Notes: a model not told the origin generated them from the letters alone. A stretch of 64,000 nt of DNA from Caldisericia bacterium (GCA_017999835.1 JAGNLA010000002.1:99635-163634); one strand, 5' to 3'; shown: positions 1 through 9,857, numbered from the stretch's first letter. Numbers and translations: made by a program.

Positions 1-33
1 GTGTTCAATTTTGTTTATGAATGCGTAACAAAG

Positions 34-68
34 CCGCAGGTGGTTTACTCCTGCGGTGGTTTGTCATT
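34..68 (+). terminator. Hairpin (ccgcagg-N9-cctgcgg) followed by a T-rich tract. It possibly terminates a gene that lies upstream of the window.
   Basis: Perfect 7-bp inverted repeat at 34-40 / 50-56, followed by tggtttgtcattatc. Confidence 0.3.
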
Positions 69-378
69 ATCTCAATCCCCCAAGGGTTCACTGATCGCTC
101 TTTTTTTGTTGGCCGTCGCGGATGATGCCTGCAAGGAGCACGTCTACAAGAGTGTTTCCGGTTCCACCTTCTCCGGAAGCGCCTGCAACAATGTCTGGCA
201 CAGCCATGATGGTGGGCTTGTGGGTAGCACTTTTAGGGTTAATCACGGGAACAATGAGTTAACCATATCGATGGCGTCAAGTCATTCTGGCCGTATGCAA
301 AAAGAGGATTGGAAAGTTTCATGGTATCGGAATTCCATCTTCATCTGAAATGGCGCCAATAAAGGTTCAGCTTGAGAA

Positions 379-660
379 ATGGTGACATTTATGCTATGTT
401 ATCGAAGGAGTTTGGGGTCAGTCCGAAAACCCAAATCAAATACCCACAGGCAGGATTATAGATATTGGCCAATGAAACCACAGAACAAAACAAACACAGA
501 AAACAAGCAAAAAGAGAAGTGGTGGGACAAATGGTGGGTTCAACTCATCATTTTCGTTGTTTCAATAATTATTTTCTTCTTCGGTCCTGATTGCACATGG
601 CTCAAGGTACTTTTTGGATTGATAATTCTATGGGATATCTACAGTTGGCGTTTTTACTGA
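379..660 (+). CDS. Small hypothetical membrane protein. It has a Lys-rich N-terminus and one hydrophobic helix.
   Basis: ORF only. The true start may be the internal Met at about 472. No recognisable motif. Confidence 0.25.
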   Translation: MVTFMLCYRRSLGSVRKPKSNTHRQDYRYWPMKPQNKTNTENKQKEKWWDKWWVQLIIFVVSIIIFFFGPDCTWLKVLFGLIILWDIYSWRFY

Positions 661-755
661 TTCTAAAAAAACAGATTTTGTGATTGCATCGACTGATTTC
701 CAATCCTCAAAAACTATCGTTGATTATCTTTAGATTGACAATTTCTTCTTGAAAC

Positions 756-1715
756 CTACAGCGCTTCTTGAATCGTTTCGTCGTTCCAGCCGCCGTAGCC
801 TGGGGATTCTGTCACTTTTCCGTCTGGAAGAACCAGCTTGTCTATCTTTCTCCTGTGGATGATTGTGAGCATCGAGCTTTCAAGTATTGCAGGTGTTATC
901 GTCCGAGACTCGAGTTTTGTGATCGGGTCGTGCTCGTACGGGGATGAATAGGTGACCAGCTCGTTGTAGATGTTTATAAGGATGCTTGCCTCACGCTCAA
1001 GACTGGGCGGGAGAGTGGTTACCGGAAGATTCAGCTCGTAAGCGCACTCGCGTCTGGTGAAAGGCATCATGCTGGAGTTGATGTTTCTGGTAAAGATGTT
1101 TGCTATGCGCTCAACTTCCTCTGGGGAAGTCTGGCGATTGGCAAGACCGATGCACTTTTTTGCAACATCTTTAGCCAGATGCCAACCCCTCATGGCGTTA
1201 CCAATTGCAAGCGGGTGAAGCTGGAACTGGTTGAGAATTTCATCTGGGGAGGAACCGATGGATTTGGCAAAATCGACATAGGTTGTCAGGTCATAAGGAT
1301 TAATCCAGACAGGATTTTCATCCGGGCCAACAGGCCCCATCGGGCTTGCGCTCTGAATGTGAACAGGGGCAAGCTCTGAAATTGGGGTCATGATAACTTC
1401 GTCGGCGCCAAGCGCAATAAATGATGACGCGCTGTGCATCCTGTACCCAACAATGACTGACAGGTAGTCGGTGTACTCGCGAAGCAGGCTCAGAATTCTC
1501 CACGCAGCCTCAGGCGACCCGCCTCGTGCCGAGATGAGCACGTCCAGCCTGGGCTGTTTGCCGATGACTGATAAGGTGTGATAAAGTGGCGGTATAACAT
1601 CATCAGCCACCGATGCGTTGTCAGGTGAAAGATAGTAGCAAACGAGCTTCGACTTGCGCTCAGTCTCAATGGCTTTTATAAGGTTTTTTCTCTGGGATCT
1701 GGTGTCATCCATCAT
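756..1715 (-). CDS. ClpP-class serine protease of the SDH (serine dehydrogenase proteinase) family.
   Basis: 319 aa. 'ISARGGSPEAAWRILSLL' and 'MHSASSFIALGADEVIMTP' resemble the ClpP/SppA crotonase-fold active-site region. The 3' end overlaps miaA, suggesting an operon. Confidence 0.6.
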   Translation of the reverse strand: MMDDTRSQRKNLIKAIETERKSKLVCYYLSPDNASVADDVIPPLYHTLSVIGKQPRLDVLISARGGSPEAAWRILSLLREYTDYLSVIVGYRMHSASSFIALGADEVIMTPISELAPVHIQSASPMGPVGPDENPVWINPYDLTTYVDFAKSIGSSPDEILNQFQLHPLAIGNAMRGWHLAKDVAKKCIGLANRQTSPEEVERIANIFTRNINSSMMPFTRRECAYELNLPVTTLPPSLEREASILINIYNELVTYSSPYEHDPITKLESRTITPAILESSMLTIIHRRKIDKLVLPDGKVTESPGYGGWNDETIQEAL

Positions 1716-2673
1716 AATCCTCCAATAGTTGCAAAATCATTTCTTTTTCGGCATTTTCAAAAACTGTGAAATCACTTCTCGAACGGATGAAGGTCATCTG
1801 ACGCTTTGCGTAGTGCCTGGTGTCCATTCTCATCGTTTCAAGGGCTTCCTCAAGCGTTACAACGCCATGTGCCCAGTCAAGCAACGCCGGGTAGCCGTGG
1901 GCTTTTATGCGCCTGACGTCGTCCTCAAGACCCTTTTCAACAAGCCCTTTGACCTCATCAAGCAGACCAGCCTCGACCATCTTGTCCACTCTGGCGTTGA
2001 TTCTGTCGTAGATTTCTTCTATCGGTCTGGTGATTGCAACAGGGATGAACGTGTACGGCAGAAAGACTTTTTCCTTGAACAGTTCGGTCCTGGTTTTTCC
2101 TGACACCAGATACATCTCCATGGCGCGGACTATGCGCTTGGTGTCGGTTGGTTTTATCTTGAGCGCTGATTCCTGGTCAATGGCAATCAGCTGGCTGTGG
2201 AGTTTTTGGGGGCCATTTTTTGATACAAAATCCTCGAGGTTTTTTCTGACAGCGTCGTCTTTTGGCGGTGCAGGGGAGAGGCCGTCGAGCAATGATGAAA
2301 GCCACATGTTTGTGCCACCGGCAACAATTGGCAGCTTTCCAAGCGAGAAGATGGTGTCGGCAACAGCGGCAAAGTCTTCGATATATCTGGCAACGTTGTA
2401 TTCCTCGGTGACACTGACATGACCGATGAGGTAGTGCTTGACCCCTTTCATCTCTTCCTTGGTGGGTCTTGCTGTGCCGATGAACAGTTCGTGATAAACC
2501 TGTTGGCTGTCGCAACTGATTATTTGGCTGCCCAGCTTCTTTGCCAACTTAATGGACAAATCGGTCTTGCCCGAGGCAGTGGGTCCGAAGATAACGAGGA
2601 TACATTTTTTTGCGACAAGTTCCTTGATGTCAGCCATCACAGAACATGCTACTACGATTTGGCATAACTTCAA
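1705..2673 (-). CDS. miaA: tRNA dimethylallyltransferase.
   Basis: P-loop 'GPTASGKT' at the N-terminus. 322 aa with MiaA-like conservation throughout ('GGTNMW', 'RQMTFIR'). Confidence 0.9.
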   Translation of the reverse strand: MKLCQIVVACSVMADIKELVAKKCILVIFGPTASGKTDLSIKLAKKLGSQIISCDSQQVYHELFIGTARPTKEEMKGVKHYLIGHVSVTEEYNVARYIEDFAAVADTIFSLGKLPIVAGGTNMWLSSLLDGLSPAPPKDDAVRKNLEDFVSKNGPQKLHSQLIAIDQESALKIKPTDTKRIVRAMEMYLVSGKTRTELFKEKVFLPYTFIPVAITRPIEEIYDRINARVDKMVEAGLLDEVKGLVEKGLEDDVRRIKAHGYPALLDWAHGVVTLEEALETMRMDTRHYAKRQMTFIRSRSDFTVFENAEKEMILQLLEDYDG

Positions 2674-2724
2674 TTATCAGTTGTTTGAGTTGACAGGAAG
2701 CTTTCAAAACCAGAAACTTGTGAC

Positions 2725-3786
2725 ATGAGAAAACTTGCTTTTTCCTTGGCAGCCATGGTGCTGCTGGTTTCGTCGTGCGGGAAACCCAAAACAGAGTCTG
2801 TTCACCAGAAACTTTTATCCATGTACCCACAGTACATCGTGACCAAGGCTTTCCAGACCAACAACAACCTGTTCATCTACAGCTTTGACGTAAAAGCCAT
2901 GAAGGAAAAGCAGCAGATAGCATCGGATTCTCCACAAAAATCCGGCCACGAACTTGCGTTGGTTACAGCTTGGGACTTCTCTAAAGACGGAGAATTCAAG
3001 TGCGAAAACCCATCGGCATTTGAAGGGTTCTCATCCTGCCTGTATTATGACATTCAGGTTTTCACACCTGTGCTCGACTATTCAGATTACATGAAGAAAA
3101 ACGGCGCCATCTCCGAACAGGCAGACAATGGCTTTGTCTATTCCATAAAAACAAAAGATGCCAAAGAAAAACCAGTCGTGACAAAATCTTCTGCAAACAA
3201 ACAGATAGTTGTCTGCACCAGATCATCAAAACAACCTTCCCAAAACGCAGCAACCATGATTGTTTCAGGCGAAGACAAACCAATAACCGAGTATGAATCA
3301 GTTCAGACCTGCCTTCGTGAGCTTGAAGGCTATCCTGCCATTATTATAGGTTTCCTCACTGAATCCTTTGCGGTCAAGTCTGACTACAAGGCAATTGTCA
3401 GCCCGGCAAAGTCACCCACGCAAATCATTGGCATGCAGGAAGTTTTTAAGCGCTGGGGCAGAAACGAATTTGTCTCCAACGCAGCTTTTGGCAGCAAGTG
3501 GGCAAACGGCGTAGAGACCGTAAAAGCTGTGCTTGTTTATCAAAACCAGGAAAAGGCTCAGGAGGATTTCGAAACGCTGTCAAAAGACATCACTCAGATC
3601 CCGTCATTTCTCACCGGTGACTCCTGGTACAAGCGGATGAACATGACAACGCCACAACTTGACATCAACGGTTCGGTTGTGACAGTTGAGTTTGACATGG
3701 ATGCAAAAACAGACAGCTTCCAATTTCCGCTGCTGATGAGAAACATAGAAAAAACCGGTGACTGGGGGTGGCTATGGCTAAAGTAA
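2725..3786 (+). CDS. Hypothetical lipoprotein.
   Basis: Signal peptide with lipobox 'VSSCG'. No recognisable domain. Confidence 0.5.
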   Translation: MRKLAFSLAAMVLLVSSCGKPKTESVHQKLLSMYPQYIVTKAFQTNNNLFIYSFDVKAMKEKQQIASDSPQKSGHELALVTAWDFSKDGEFKCENPSAFEGFSSCLYYDIQVFTPVLDYSDYMKKNGAISEQADNGFVYSIKTKDAKEKPVVTKSSANKQIVVCTRSSKQPSQNAATMIVSGEDKPITEYESVQTCLRELEGYPAIIIGFLTESFAVKSDYKAIVSPAKSPTQIIGMQEVFKRWGRNEFVSNAAFGSKWANGVETVKAVLVYQNQEKAQEDFETLSKDITQIPSFLTGDSWYKRMNMTTPQLDINGSVVTVEFDMDAKTDSFQFPLLMRNIEKTGDWGWLWLK

Positions 3787-4970
3787 GACTGGTTGCGCTT
3801 GCACTTATCGTTACCCTTGCTGGATGCGGAAAATCAGAACCTCTGCCAAGGACAGCTTTTCAGAAGGCTCTTGCCAGAATGCCTGCAATGATAATGGGTC
3901 TTACGACTCGACCGTTGAAGATGAAAGGTTTTGTGTTCAACAACATCGAATACACCAGAGATGTTCGAGGCTTGGTTCTTCAAGCCATCGACAAGGAAGA
4001 GTATAGGCTCCACTGGCTGCTTGGAATGGGAAACAACATCGACTCAAGCGTCAGCAAGGTTCTGCCGCTTGGCAAGTGGGATCACACCCAGATGATGAAC
4101 CCAACAACATGGAAGTGGAACATCTTCGATGTGTCAAACGACCACGAGGTTATATGCTCAACAGCCGACATGGACGAGTTCATCGACTGGATGAACAGGC
4201 ACAACTTCCAGATCATAAACAGACAGTATGCCACGGTTATGCAAAGCACAGGCAGGCACGTCGATTCTGACGTGTTTGGCTCAGGTGTGGTCATCGGCCC
4301 TGACGGCGCGGTGTTCATCGAACGCCAGATACCTTCAGACAACTCCCTTGAGCCGGCTTTCAGGCTCTACACCGGCGAAGGCGAGTCCCTGATGTCGATT
4401 CCGGAGATTTACGAAGTGACCTCTAAACTGCCTGAAAACGCCTTCACATCGATGGTTCTCAAGCTTGAGTCGTCCGTTTCAAAGCACAACCAGCTCTCCC
4501 AGGAATATTGGCACGGTATCCCGATCGGATCACCGCTTGACCCTGAACAGACCATTATTTATCAAGGTTTTGGCAGACCCAGCACTCTCACCTGGATAGG
4601 TGTTGCCCACACCACCAAAAACGGCAGGCACGGTCTGCAGTTTGAACTGCTCTACACCTCAGAGGACGAGGCAAAAAAAGACATAACAAAGCTGACAGAG
4701 GCAATTACGCAAGCCCAGGGGCGTTTCACAAAAAAAGCCTGGTGGACTCAGGACATGCGCCTGCTCGAACCAGAGATAAAGCAAGACGGCAAGTTCATCT
4801 CCATCTGGTCTGACTTTGACATGCCACCGCAAACACGTGAAAAAATCGAAAAAAACGACATGACCTACAAGGAAGCTGAAAGCCTCTGGATCGACGACGT
4901 GCCAGCGCTTGTCGACTTCCTCTACAAGCTCGAGAGGCACGACTACGGCCCATTCTGGCAGAAGGAATAA
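3768..4970 (+). CDS. Hypothetical lipoprotein. Its last 70 nt are duplicated at 44767..44836.
   Basis: Signal peptide with lipobox 'LAGCG'. Overlaps the upstream gene by 19 nt. Confidence 0.5.
   Translation: MAMAKVRLVALALIVTLAGCGKSEPLPRTAFQKALARMPAMIMGLTTRPLKMKGFVFNNIEYTRDVRGLVLQAIDKEEYRLHWLLGMGNNIDSSVSKVLPLGKWDHTQMMNPTTWKWNIFDVSNDHEVICSTADMDEFIDWMNRHNFQIINRQYATVMQSTGRHVDSDVFGSGVVIGPDGAVFIERQIPSDNSLEPAFRLYTGEGESLMSIPEIYEVTSKLPENAFTSMVLKLESSVSKHNQLSQEYWHGIPIGSPLDPEQTIIYQGFGRPSTLTWIGVAHTTKNGRHGLQFELLYTSEDEAKKDITKLTEAITQAQGRFTKKAWWTQDMRLLEPEIKQDGKFISIWSDFDMPPQTREKIEKNDMTYKEAESLWIDDVPALVDFLYKLERHDYGPFWQKE
4891..4960 (+). repeat. Copy 1 of a 70-nt direct repeat (the 3' end of CDS 3768..4970). Copy 2 is at 44767..44836.
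   Basis: 68/70 identity with sharp boundaries. Both differences are synonymous in the copy-1 reading frame. Confidence 0.9.
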
Positions 4971-5125
4971 CAAAAAGAGACTTTGACTTTTAAAGTGTAA
5001 AAATCTTTTTGATGCAAAACATGATTCATTTTTGCCATAACCAATAAAGCCATGAAACATTCTCTTTTATTATTCTAATGGCAATAAAAAACTGTGATCA
5101 TTTACAAAAGCAAAGATGGGAGAAA

Positions 5126-5198
5126 AGCCGAAGAGGGGATTCGGACCCCTGACCTGCTGATTACGAATCAGCTGCTCTACCAGCTGAGCTACTTCGGC
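5126..5198 (-). tRNA. tRNA-Thr (anticodon CGU).
   Basis: Reverse complement GCCGAAGTAGCTCAGCTGGTAGAGCAGCTGATTCGTAATCAGCAGGTCAGGGGTCCGAATCCCCTCTTCGGCT. Cloverleaf with 7-bp acceptor stem, anticodon loop TTCGTAA, T-loop TCCGAAT. CCA is not encoded. Confidence 0.85.
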
Positions 5199-5268
5199 GT
5201 TTGAGCTGATATTATATGGTAATGCAATGGCTAGTCCAGCCATGCGCTTTAACAAGCCTCAATGATGC

Positions 5269-6150
5269 TCAAACAAAGGTTGTCAGCATGGAGCAACAGG
5301 TTGGGTGCTCTTCAACCTCAAAACCATGAGCTTTGGCATAGTCCCACGCCTGCTCCGAGGGCACGGCAAGCCCGTCCACACCAGCCTCGATGGCCAATAC
5401 GTCTGTCTTTTGCTTATGAGTGCCGACAGGTCTTGCGCAGCCAAGGTTGACAAACGTATTTGGCATGAGTTTTTTGGCAAGCCTGATAATCTCGGCGATA
5501 CGCTCAGGTGTCGGAGGGGTGACAGACCCCATCTTGGTGTGCTTTGAGGGGCGAAGCGCGATGACGACCATTGCCTTGGGGTTGTACTTTGAAAGCATCT
5601 CCAGAGCTTGCTCTTCGCCTGAGTGTCCGCCATAATCAAGACCGACAAGCACATGCGGGACAACCATCAAACCGGCCGAAAACACCGCATCAAGCGAATT
5701 TTTTACGATGTCTAAATTTATGTGGTATATCTTTTTTGCGACATCGTCAGAGCCGATGATGTCGATGAGAGCCTGGTCAACGCCAGCATCTTTAAGCATC
5801 TTTGCCTGGTTGTGGGTAGCAAATCCGGTGTGAACCGAAAGGTGTAGGTTTGTCTGAGATTTTATCTTTGCCAGTGTCGGAGCAAACTCTTCCCAGGGCA
5901 GTTTTCCCTGGAAATTCGAACCGCCAGAAACCAACAAACCGACATCGCCACGAGCCTGACCCGCAAGAGCGTAGTCCAAAAGCTTGTCAGGGGTTGAACA
6001 GTCTGGCATGGTCACCAAAAGGTGTGCCTGGCAGTGGTCGCACATCAGGTCGCATTTTGAGCCCGTGATTGACACGGCAGGATAGCGTCCGGTCTCGCCG
6101 TAGAGCGTGAACATGCCTGGCAAAAAGAAGTGAAGCTTTCTCATTTGCAA
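5269..6150 (-). CDS. Radical SAM domain protein.
   Basis: CxxxCxxC cluster motif 'CDLMCDHC' near the N-terminus, 293 aa. Subfamily not determinable by eye. Confidence 0.7.
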   Translation of the reverse strand: MQMRKLHFFLPGMFTLYGETGRYPAVSITGSKCDLMCDHCQAHLLVTMPDCSTPDKLLDYALAGQARGDVGLLVSGGSNFQGKLPWEEFAPTLAKIKSQTNLHLSVHTGFATHNQAKMLKDAGVDQALIDIIGSDDVAKKIYHINLDIVKNSLDAVFSAGLMVVPHVLVGLDYGGHSGEEQALEMLSKYNPKAMVVIALRPSKHTKMGSVTPPTPERIAEIIRLAKKLMPNTFVNLGCARPVGTHKQKTDVLAIEAGVDGLAVPSEQAWDYAKAHGFEVEEHPTCCSMLTTFV

Positions 6151-6409
6151 ATGATGATAATTAAAAAAACTGTGATGACCATAAATTTCTGATTATCTGA
6201 CAAATCTGAGATTGGTTTTTGGGACATATCTATGAGACATACTTATTCTGTTTTGAAATAGTAGGAATTTTTTGAAGCGGGAGCAGGTATTATTTCAATT
6301 AATTAGAAATCATTCATAATTAATTAAATCGTATGGCTTTGCCATTGATTTCCATATTTTATGTGTTCAAGGGGGATTAGTGTTTTATCGGCGGAGCCGT
6401 ATTGATTGG

Positions 6410-6481
6410 AGCGGGCGACGGGATTTGAACCCGCGACCATTAGCTTGGAAGGCTAATGCTCTACCACTGAGCTACACCCGC
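6410..6481 (-). tRNA. tRNA-Gly (anticodon UCC).
   Basis: Reverse complement GCGGGTGTAGCTCAGTGGTAGAGCATTAGCCTTCCAAGCTAATGGTCGCGGGTTCAAATCCCGTCGCCCGCT. Anticodon loop CTTCCAA, T-loop TTCAAAT. Confidence 0.85.
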
Positions 6482-6533
6482 TCGAAGCAATTTACTGAAA
6501 TAGAAATTACCAGAGATTGCTCATCTGTCAAGG

Positions 6534-6932
6534 TCAAGCTGGCTTTGACAGCTTTTTGATTCTGGCGTCAGCAAGCCACGGGGCAAGAAAAGCCAGAAGA
6601 TAGCCGACGGCAAGCCAGGGTTCACCTTTAAAGACATAGAAATCCATTGCTTTGAAACGGACAACTACGACATAGATGGCAAAATCGAACAAGACCAGCA
6701 TAAAAAGCCAGAAAATGGCAAGACGTCTGCCTTCGTTTGTTCTTGGTTGAGTGCGATTAAGATAAAACTTTGTCAGGAAATAGAAAAGAACAGGTATCAA
6801 TACCATTCTTGACGCCCACATCACGCTCTGGTACTGGACAAGAATCCACAGCATGAAGGCGATTACGGTTGACACAAGATATCCAAGCAAAAAATATTCA
6901 ATGGCTCTAAGCCAGCTGAGTTTGAACTTCAT
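6534..6932 (-). CDS. Hypothetical integral membrane protein with about 4 TM helices.
   Basis: Hydrophobic segments. Lies downstream of the sugar dehydrogenase on the same strand. Confidence 0.4.
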   Translation of the reverse strand: MKFKLSWLRAIEYFLLGYLVSTVIAFMLWILVQYQSVMWASRMVLIPVLFYFLTKFYLNRTQPRTNEGRRLAIFWLFMLVLFDFAIYVVVVRFKAMDFYVFKGEPWLAVGYLLAFLAPWLADARIKKLSKPA

Positions 6933-6971
6933 CTATAGAATCCTGCCATCTTAGTCCTGATTTGTCAAGCC

Positions 6972-8297
6972 TTATAATGCTTTGTAATCAAGTCCCGTGT
7001 CCATGATGGCTTTTCTGTCGAAGGCGAACCTGCAATCAAGAACCAGTCCTGGTTTTTTCATGTCTGCAAAGAGTTTTGGATCTGAATTGCCTTTTTCAGG
7101 CATCGGCGGCTGCTTGGCTCCGATAATGACAATATCGCAATCTTTTACCAGTTCATCAAGAGCTTTGGCAACATGCTTTGGTTGGACAGAGACCTGACTC
7201 ATGTCAACAACCGGATCGTATGTCCAAACATCCAAACCAGCCTTCATAAGATTTTCAAGCACGTCCACAGCTGGACTCCACCTGGCATCGGTTGAATAAT
7301 CCTTCATGGCAAGTCCAATGAGTCCAACCTTTGGATTTGCTATGCCTTTTTCTTTTGCCCAGTCGGTGACAATTTTTGCAATGTGCGCCGGCTGGTCAAC
7401 GTTGGCTTTTCTGGCTGTCGAAATGACCGGAATGCTGACTCCAAGCTTGTCAGAGGTCGGCTTGAGGTAGTACATTGCCTGTGGAAGGCAGTGTCCACCG
7501 ACTCCAGGCCCAGGCTGATGAAGGAACCCCACACGCTTGTGTGTGCGGATGAGGTCAAGAACCTCTTTGGTGTCCAGATTCATTGCAGTGCAGAAGTTTG
7601 CATATTCGTTTGCAAGGGCGATGTTGACGTCCCTGGCTATATTTTCAAAAACCTTTGCCGCTTCGACCGCCTCTGGGCAGGAAGCCTCACGAACGTCTTT
7701 GATTCCAATATCTGTCAAAAACTCCACAGCCCTTTTTGTGGCTTTTGGGGTCAGGCCAGCAACGGGAGTCACCATACCAATGAGTTCCTCGAAAGCTACA
7801 TTTTCAGCCATTCTTTCCGAGCTGAAGGCAAGGTCGAAGTCTTCAGTTGCCGACATGCCTGTGGGTTTTTCAAGTGTTGGAGCAACATAAGATCTTGTGT
7901 AGCCAACAATCAGCGTCGATCTGGCAACAACAAGGGCACCTTTTCTGAGGTGCTTTGAGAGTGTGTTCAAAGCGCTCTCAAGGTCAGAGGTGTCGGCTTT
8001 GTTGTCTTTAAGCGGTATGCCAACGGTCATGATTATTTTTTGTCCGTCATAGTCGAGGGCTTTGGCTGGATCGGTTGTGATGTGGTATCTGCCTGAGGCA
8101 ACTGCACGCTTGAGCACTGACTCAATTGGCTCCCCTTTGAACGCCTCAGCCATGACAACGCAGCCGTTGTTGAGCTGGTCAACATAAGATTGTCTGACGT
8201 CAAGACCAAACACCTCATAGCCAGAATCCCACATGATAAGTGAAAGAGGGAGTCCAACGTAGCCAAGTCCTATTATCGTAGCTTTTTTTTCTGCCAT
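6972..8297 (-). CDS. Nucleotide-sugar dehydrogenase (UDP-glucose / UDP-ManNAc dehydrogenase family).
   Basis: N-terminal Rossmann motif 'IGLGYVGLPLS', catalytic Cys region 'GGHCLPQ', 441 aa. Start set at the ATG at 8297 (MAEKKATIIG), preceded by GGAAGGTG, rather than the longer ORF start at 8348. Confidence 0.85.
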   Translation of the reverse strand: MAEKKATIIGLGYVGLPLSLIMWDSGYEVFGLDVRQSYVDQLNNGCVVMAEAFKGEPIESVLKRAVASGRYHITTDPAKALDYDGQKIIMTVGIPLKDNKADTSDLESALNTLSKHLRKGALVVARSTLIVGYTRSYVAPTLEKPTGMSATEDFDLAFSSERMAENVAFEELIGMVTPVAGLTPKATKRAVEFLTDIGIKDVREASCPEAVEAAKVFENIARDVNIALANEYANFCTAMNLDTKEVLDLIRTHKRVGFLHQPGPGVGGHCLPQAMYYLKPTSDKLGVSIPVISTARKANVDQPAHIAKIVTDWAKEKGIANPKVGLIGLAMKDYSTDARWSPAVDVLENLMKAGLDVWTYDPVVDMSQVSVQPKHVAKALDELVKDCDIVIIGAKQPPMPEKGNSDPKLFADMKKPGLVLDCRFAFDRKAIMDTGLDYKAL

Positions 8298-8457
8298 AGT
8301 GCGCACCTTCCGATCGAGGATCGAATCGGCATTTTTATACCGACGCAAGCAATTCTACAATTTGAGACTCAAAAGGCAATGTCAAAGTTAACCTATAAAA
8401 GGTTAAAGCCCGCACTTGACTGTCATGGCCAAAATGTAATAATTCAATGGTACGCAT

Positions 8458-8540
8458 GGGCAGTTAGCGAAGTGGCCAAACGCGGTAGACTGTAAATCTA
8501 TTGACTGATGTCTTCGGAGGTTCGAATCCTTCACTGCCCA
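8458..8540 (+). tRNA. tRNA-Tyr (anticodon GUA), type II with a long variable arm.
   Basis: GGGCAGTTAGCGAAGTGGCCAAACGCGGTAGACTGTAAATCTATTGACTGATGTCTTCGGAGGTTCGAATCCTTCACTGCCCA. Anticodon loop CTGTAAA, T-loop TTCGAAT, variable arm hairpin GAC-TGAT-GTC. Confidence 0.85.
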
Positions 8541-8910
8541 GTTATCACCCCAACTTCGTTGGGGAACCCCATCAGAAGAAATCCATTAATATTTGTAAAT
8601 ATTGATTTTTCGAAGTAAATTTCTACAAAACTTTCAACCTGATTTTTGGAAATGGACATCATCCCAAACAATATTAACAGCAACTTTGAAAACAGCAAAA
8701 TCACAACAATAACAATCAGCACCGCCGAGTAGCGAAAAACTTCATAGTCTTCTCTCCTTCTGTAAAGCTTTGATTGACCCATAAACGTCACGAAAGCTCA
8801 GACACTGTTAATCATTTTAGTTTTTCTTGGATCAAGATTTATAGTTTTTGAACATCCATTTGACTAACAGTGGATTGAGAACTTGTGTATGTCGGTTATA
8901 TAATAGGTTC

Positions 8911-9300
8911 ATGAAAGGCATGCTTCACCACGTTGAGATATATGTAAGAGACCTTGCAATCAGCCTTGATTTTTGGGGTTGGCTGCTTGGGGAGCTTGGT
9001 TATAAGTCATTCCAGAAATGGGATGGTGGCGAGAGCTTCATCCTCGGTGATACCTATATCGTGTTTGTTCAAGCCGAGGAAAGGTTTTGCGACATTCCGT
9101 ACCATCGCTGCAGACCAGGTCTCAACCATTTGGCATTTCATGCAGGCAGCAGGGAGTTTGTCGATGAGATCACCAAAAAACTCAAAGACCGCGGTGTGAC
9201 AATTCTTTATGAGGATCGCCATCCTTTTGCCGGCGGGGAAGATTGTTATGGCGTTTACTTTGAAGACCCGGACAGGATGAAGGTGGAGATAACGGAATGA
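8911..9300 (+). CDS. VOC-family protein (glyoxalase / bleomycin-resistance / dioxygenase fold).
   Basis: 'MKGMLHHVEIYVRDLAISLDFW' is a typical VOC N-terminus. Start moved to the ATG at 8911; the track ORF begins at a TTG at 8848. Confidence 0.7.
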   Translation: MKGMLHHVEIYVRDLAISLDFWGWLLGELGYKSFQKWDGGESFILGDTYIVFVQAEERFCDIPYHRCRPGLNHLAFHAGSREFVDEITKKLKDRGVTILYEDRHPFAGGEDCYGVYFEDPDRMKVEITE

Positions 9301-9321
9301 TAAGGCTTTGCCGATATTAAG

Positions 9322-9339
9322 TACCGCTAACGCGGAAAC
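9322..9339. repeat. Left arm of an 18-nt inverted repeat (taccgctaacgcggaaac). Its partner is at 9666..9683.
   Basis: 17/18 complementarity to 9666..9683. Each arm also contains a ccgc-N4-gcgg mini-hairpin. Confidence 0.6.
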
Positions 9340-9470
9340 CCATTAAACAAAAAATGTCTTCCCTGAATAACTTTTTTTCAATCCGCAAAGTAAATTTGAT
9401 AATGCCTTTTACAAATTGTGATAATATGAAAAACATAACAATTGAACCAAAGAAATTGACTAATTAGAAA

Positions 9471-9551
9471 CCATCTTCTCCCTCTGGGAGAAGGATTTCA
9501 GCCACTCAGCCACAATGAAATCGTGTGGCTTTGCCACCGATTTCTAGAAAA
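9471..9551 (+). repeat. Copy A of an ~80-nt structured intergenic repeat.
   Basis: Aligns with 9733..9814. Hairpin 1 is cttctccc-tct-gggagaag (9475..9493). Hairpin 2 is gccaca-N9-tgtggc (9509..9529). Confidence 0.7.
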
Positions 9552-9665
9552 CTTATTTTCAAAGAATTGTTTTACCGGCGCAGTCGCGATAAAACGAAAC
9601 CGTCTGGTTCATCCAGCGGTTTCAATAAAATCTCGTTGAGGACAACTAGTTTTATTTTAAAAAAA

Positions 9666-9683
9666 TGTTTCCGCGTCAGCGGT
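9666..9683. repeat. Right arm of the 18-nt inverted repeat.
   Basis: gtttccgcgtcagcggta is the reverse complement of 9322..9339 with one mismatch. Confidence 0.6.
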
Positions 9684-9732
9684 AGCAATTATCGGCGGAG
9701 CCGTTATAAACTCCCTCATCCGGTACTTCGTA

Positions 9733-9814
9733 CCACCTTCTCCCAGAGGGAGAAGGATACCAGTTACTCAGCCACAACGAAATCGTGTGGCTTTGCCACC
9801 GATTTCTATAAAAA
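9733..9814 (+). repeat. Copy B of the ~80-nt structured intergenic repeat.
   Basis: The stems match copy A. The hairpin-1 loop differs (agag vs tct) while pairing is kept. Confidence 0.7.
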
Positions 9815-9825
9815 TACCGGAATAG

Positions 9826-9857
9826 CAAATTATTGTTAGACCAAACCGAAGGTTTGG
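9826..9857 (-). terminator. Candidate terminator for CDS 9861..11054.
   Basis: Hairpin ccaaacc-gaa-ggtttgg at 9841..9857, followed on the minus strand by a moderately T-rich stretch. Confidence 0.4.

Noticed and set aside
1-348. 115-aa + strand ORF at the left edge (GTG start).
   Set aside because: No recognisable motif and no RBS. A terminator-like hairpin at 34..68 sits inside it. It is more likely the non-coding tail of an upstream gene.
6385-6400. 16-nt exact match 'ttatcggcggagccgt' next to the tRNA-Gly 3' end and again at 9688..9703.
   Set aside because: A single 16-mer coincidence is roughly what chance predicts for a 64-kb window. There is no extended similarity around it.
8531-8791. 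86-aa minus-strand ORF.
   Set aside because: Overlaps tRNA-Tyr, is low-complexity and hydrophobic, and has no RBS.
9525-9839. 104-aa + strand ORF in the repeat region.
   Set aside because: It is composed of the two structured repeat copies, with a Ser/Arg-rich low-complexity translation. The region is better explained as non-coding repeats.
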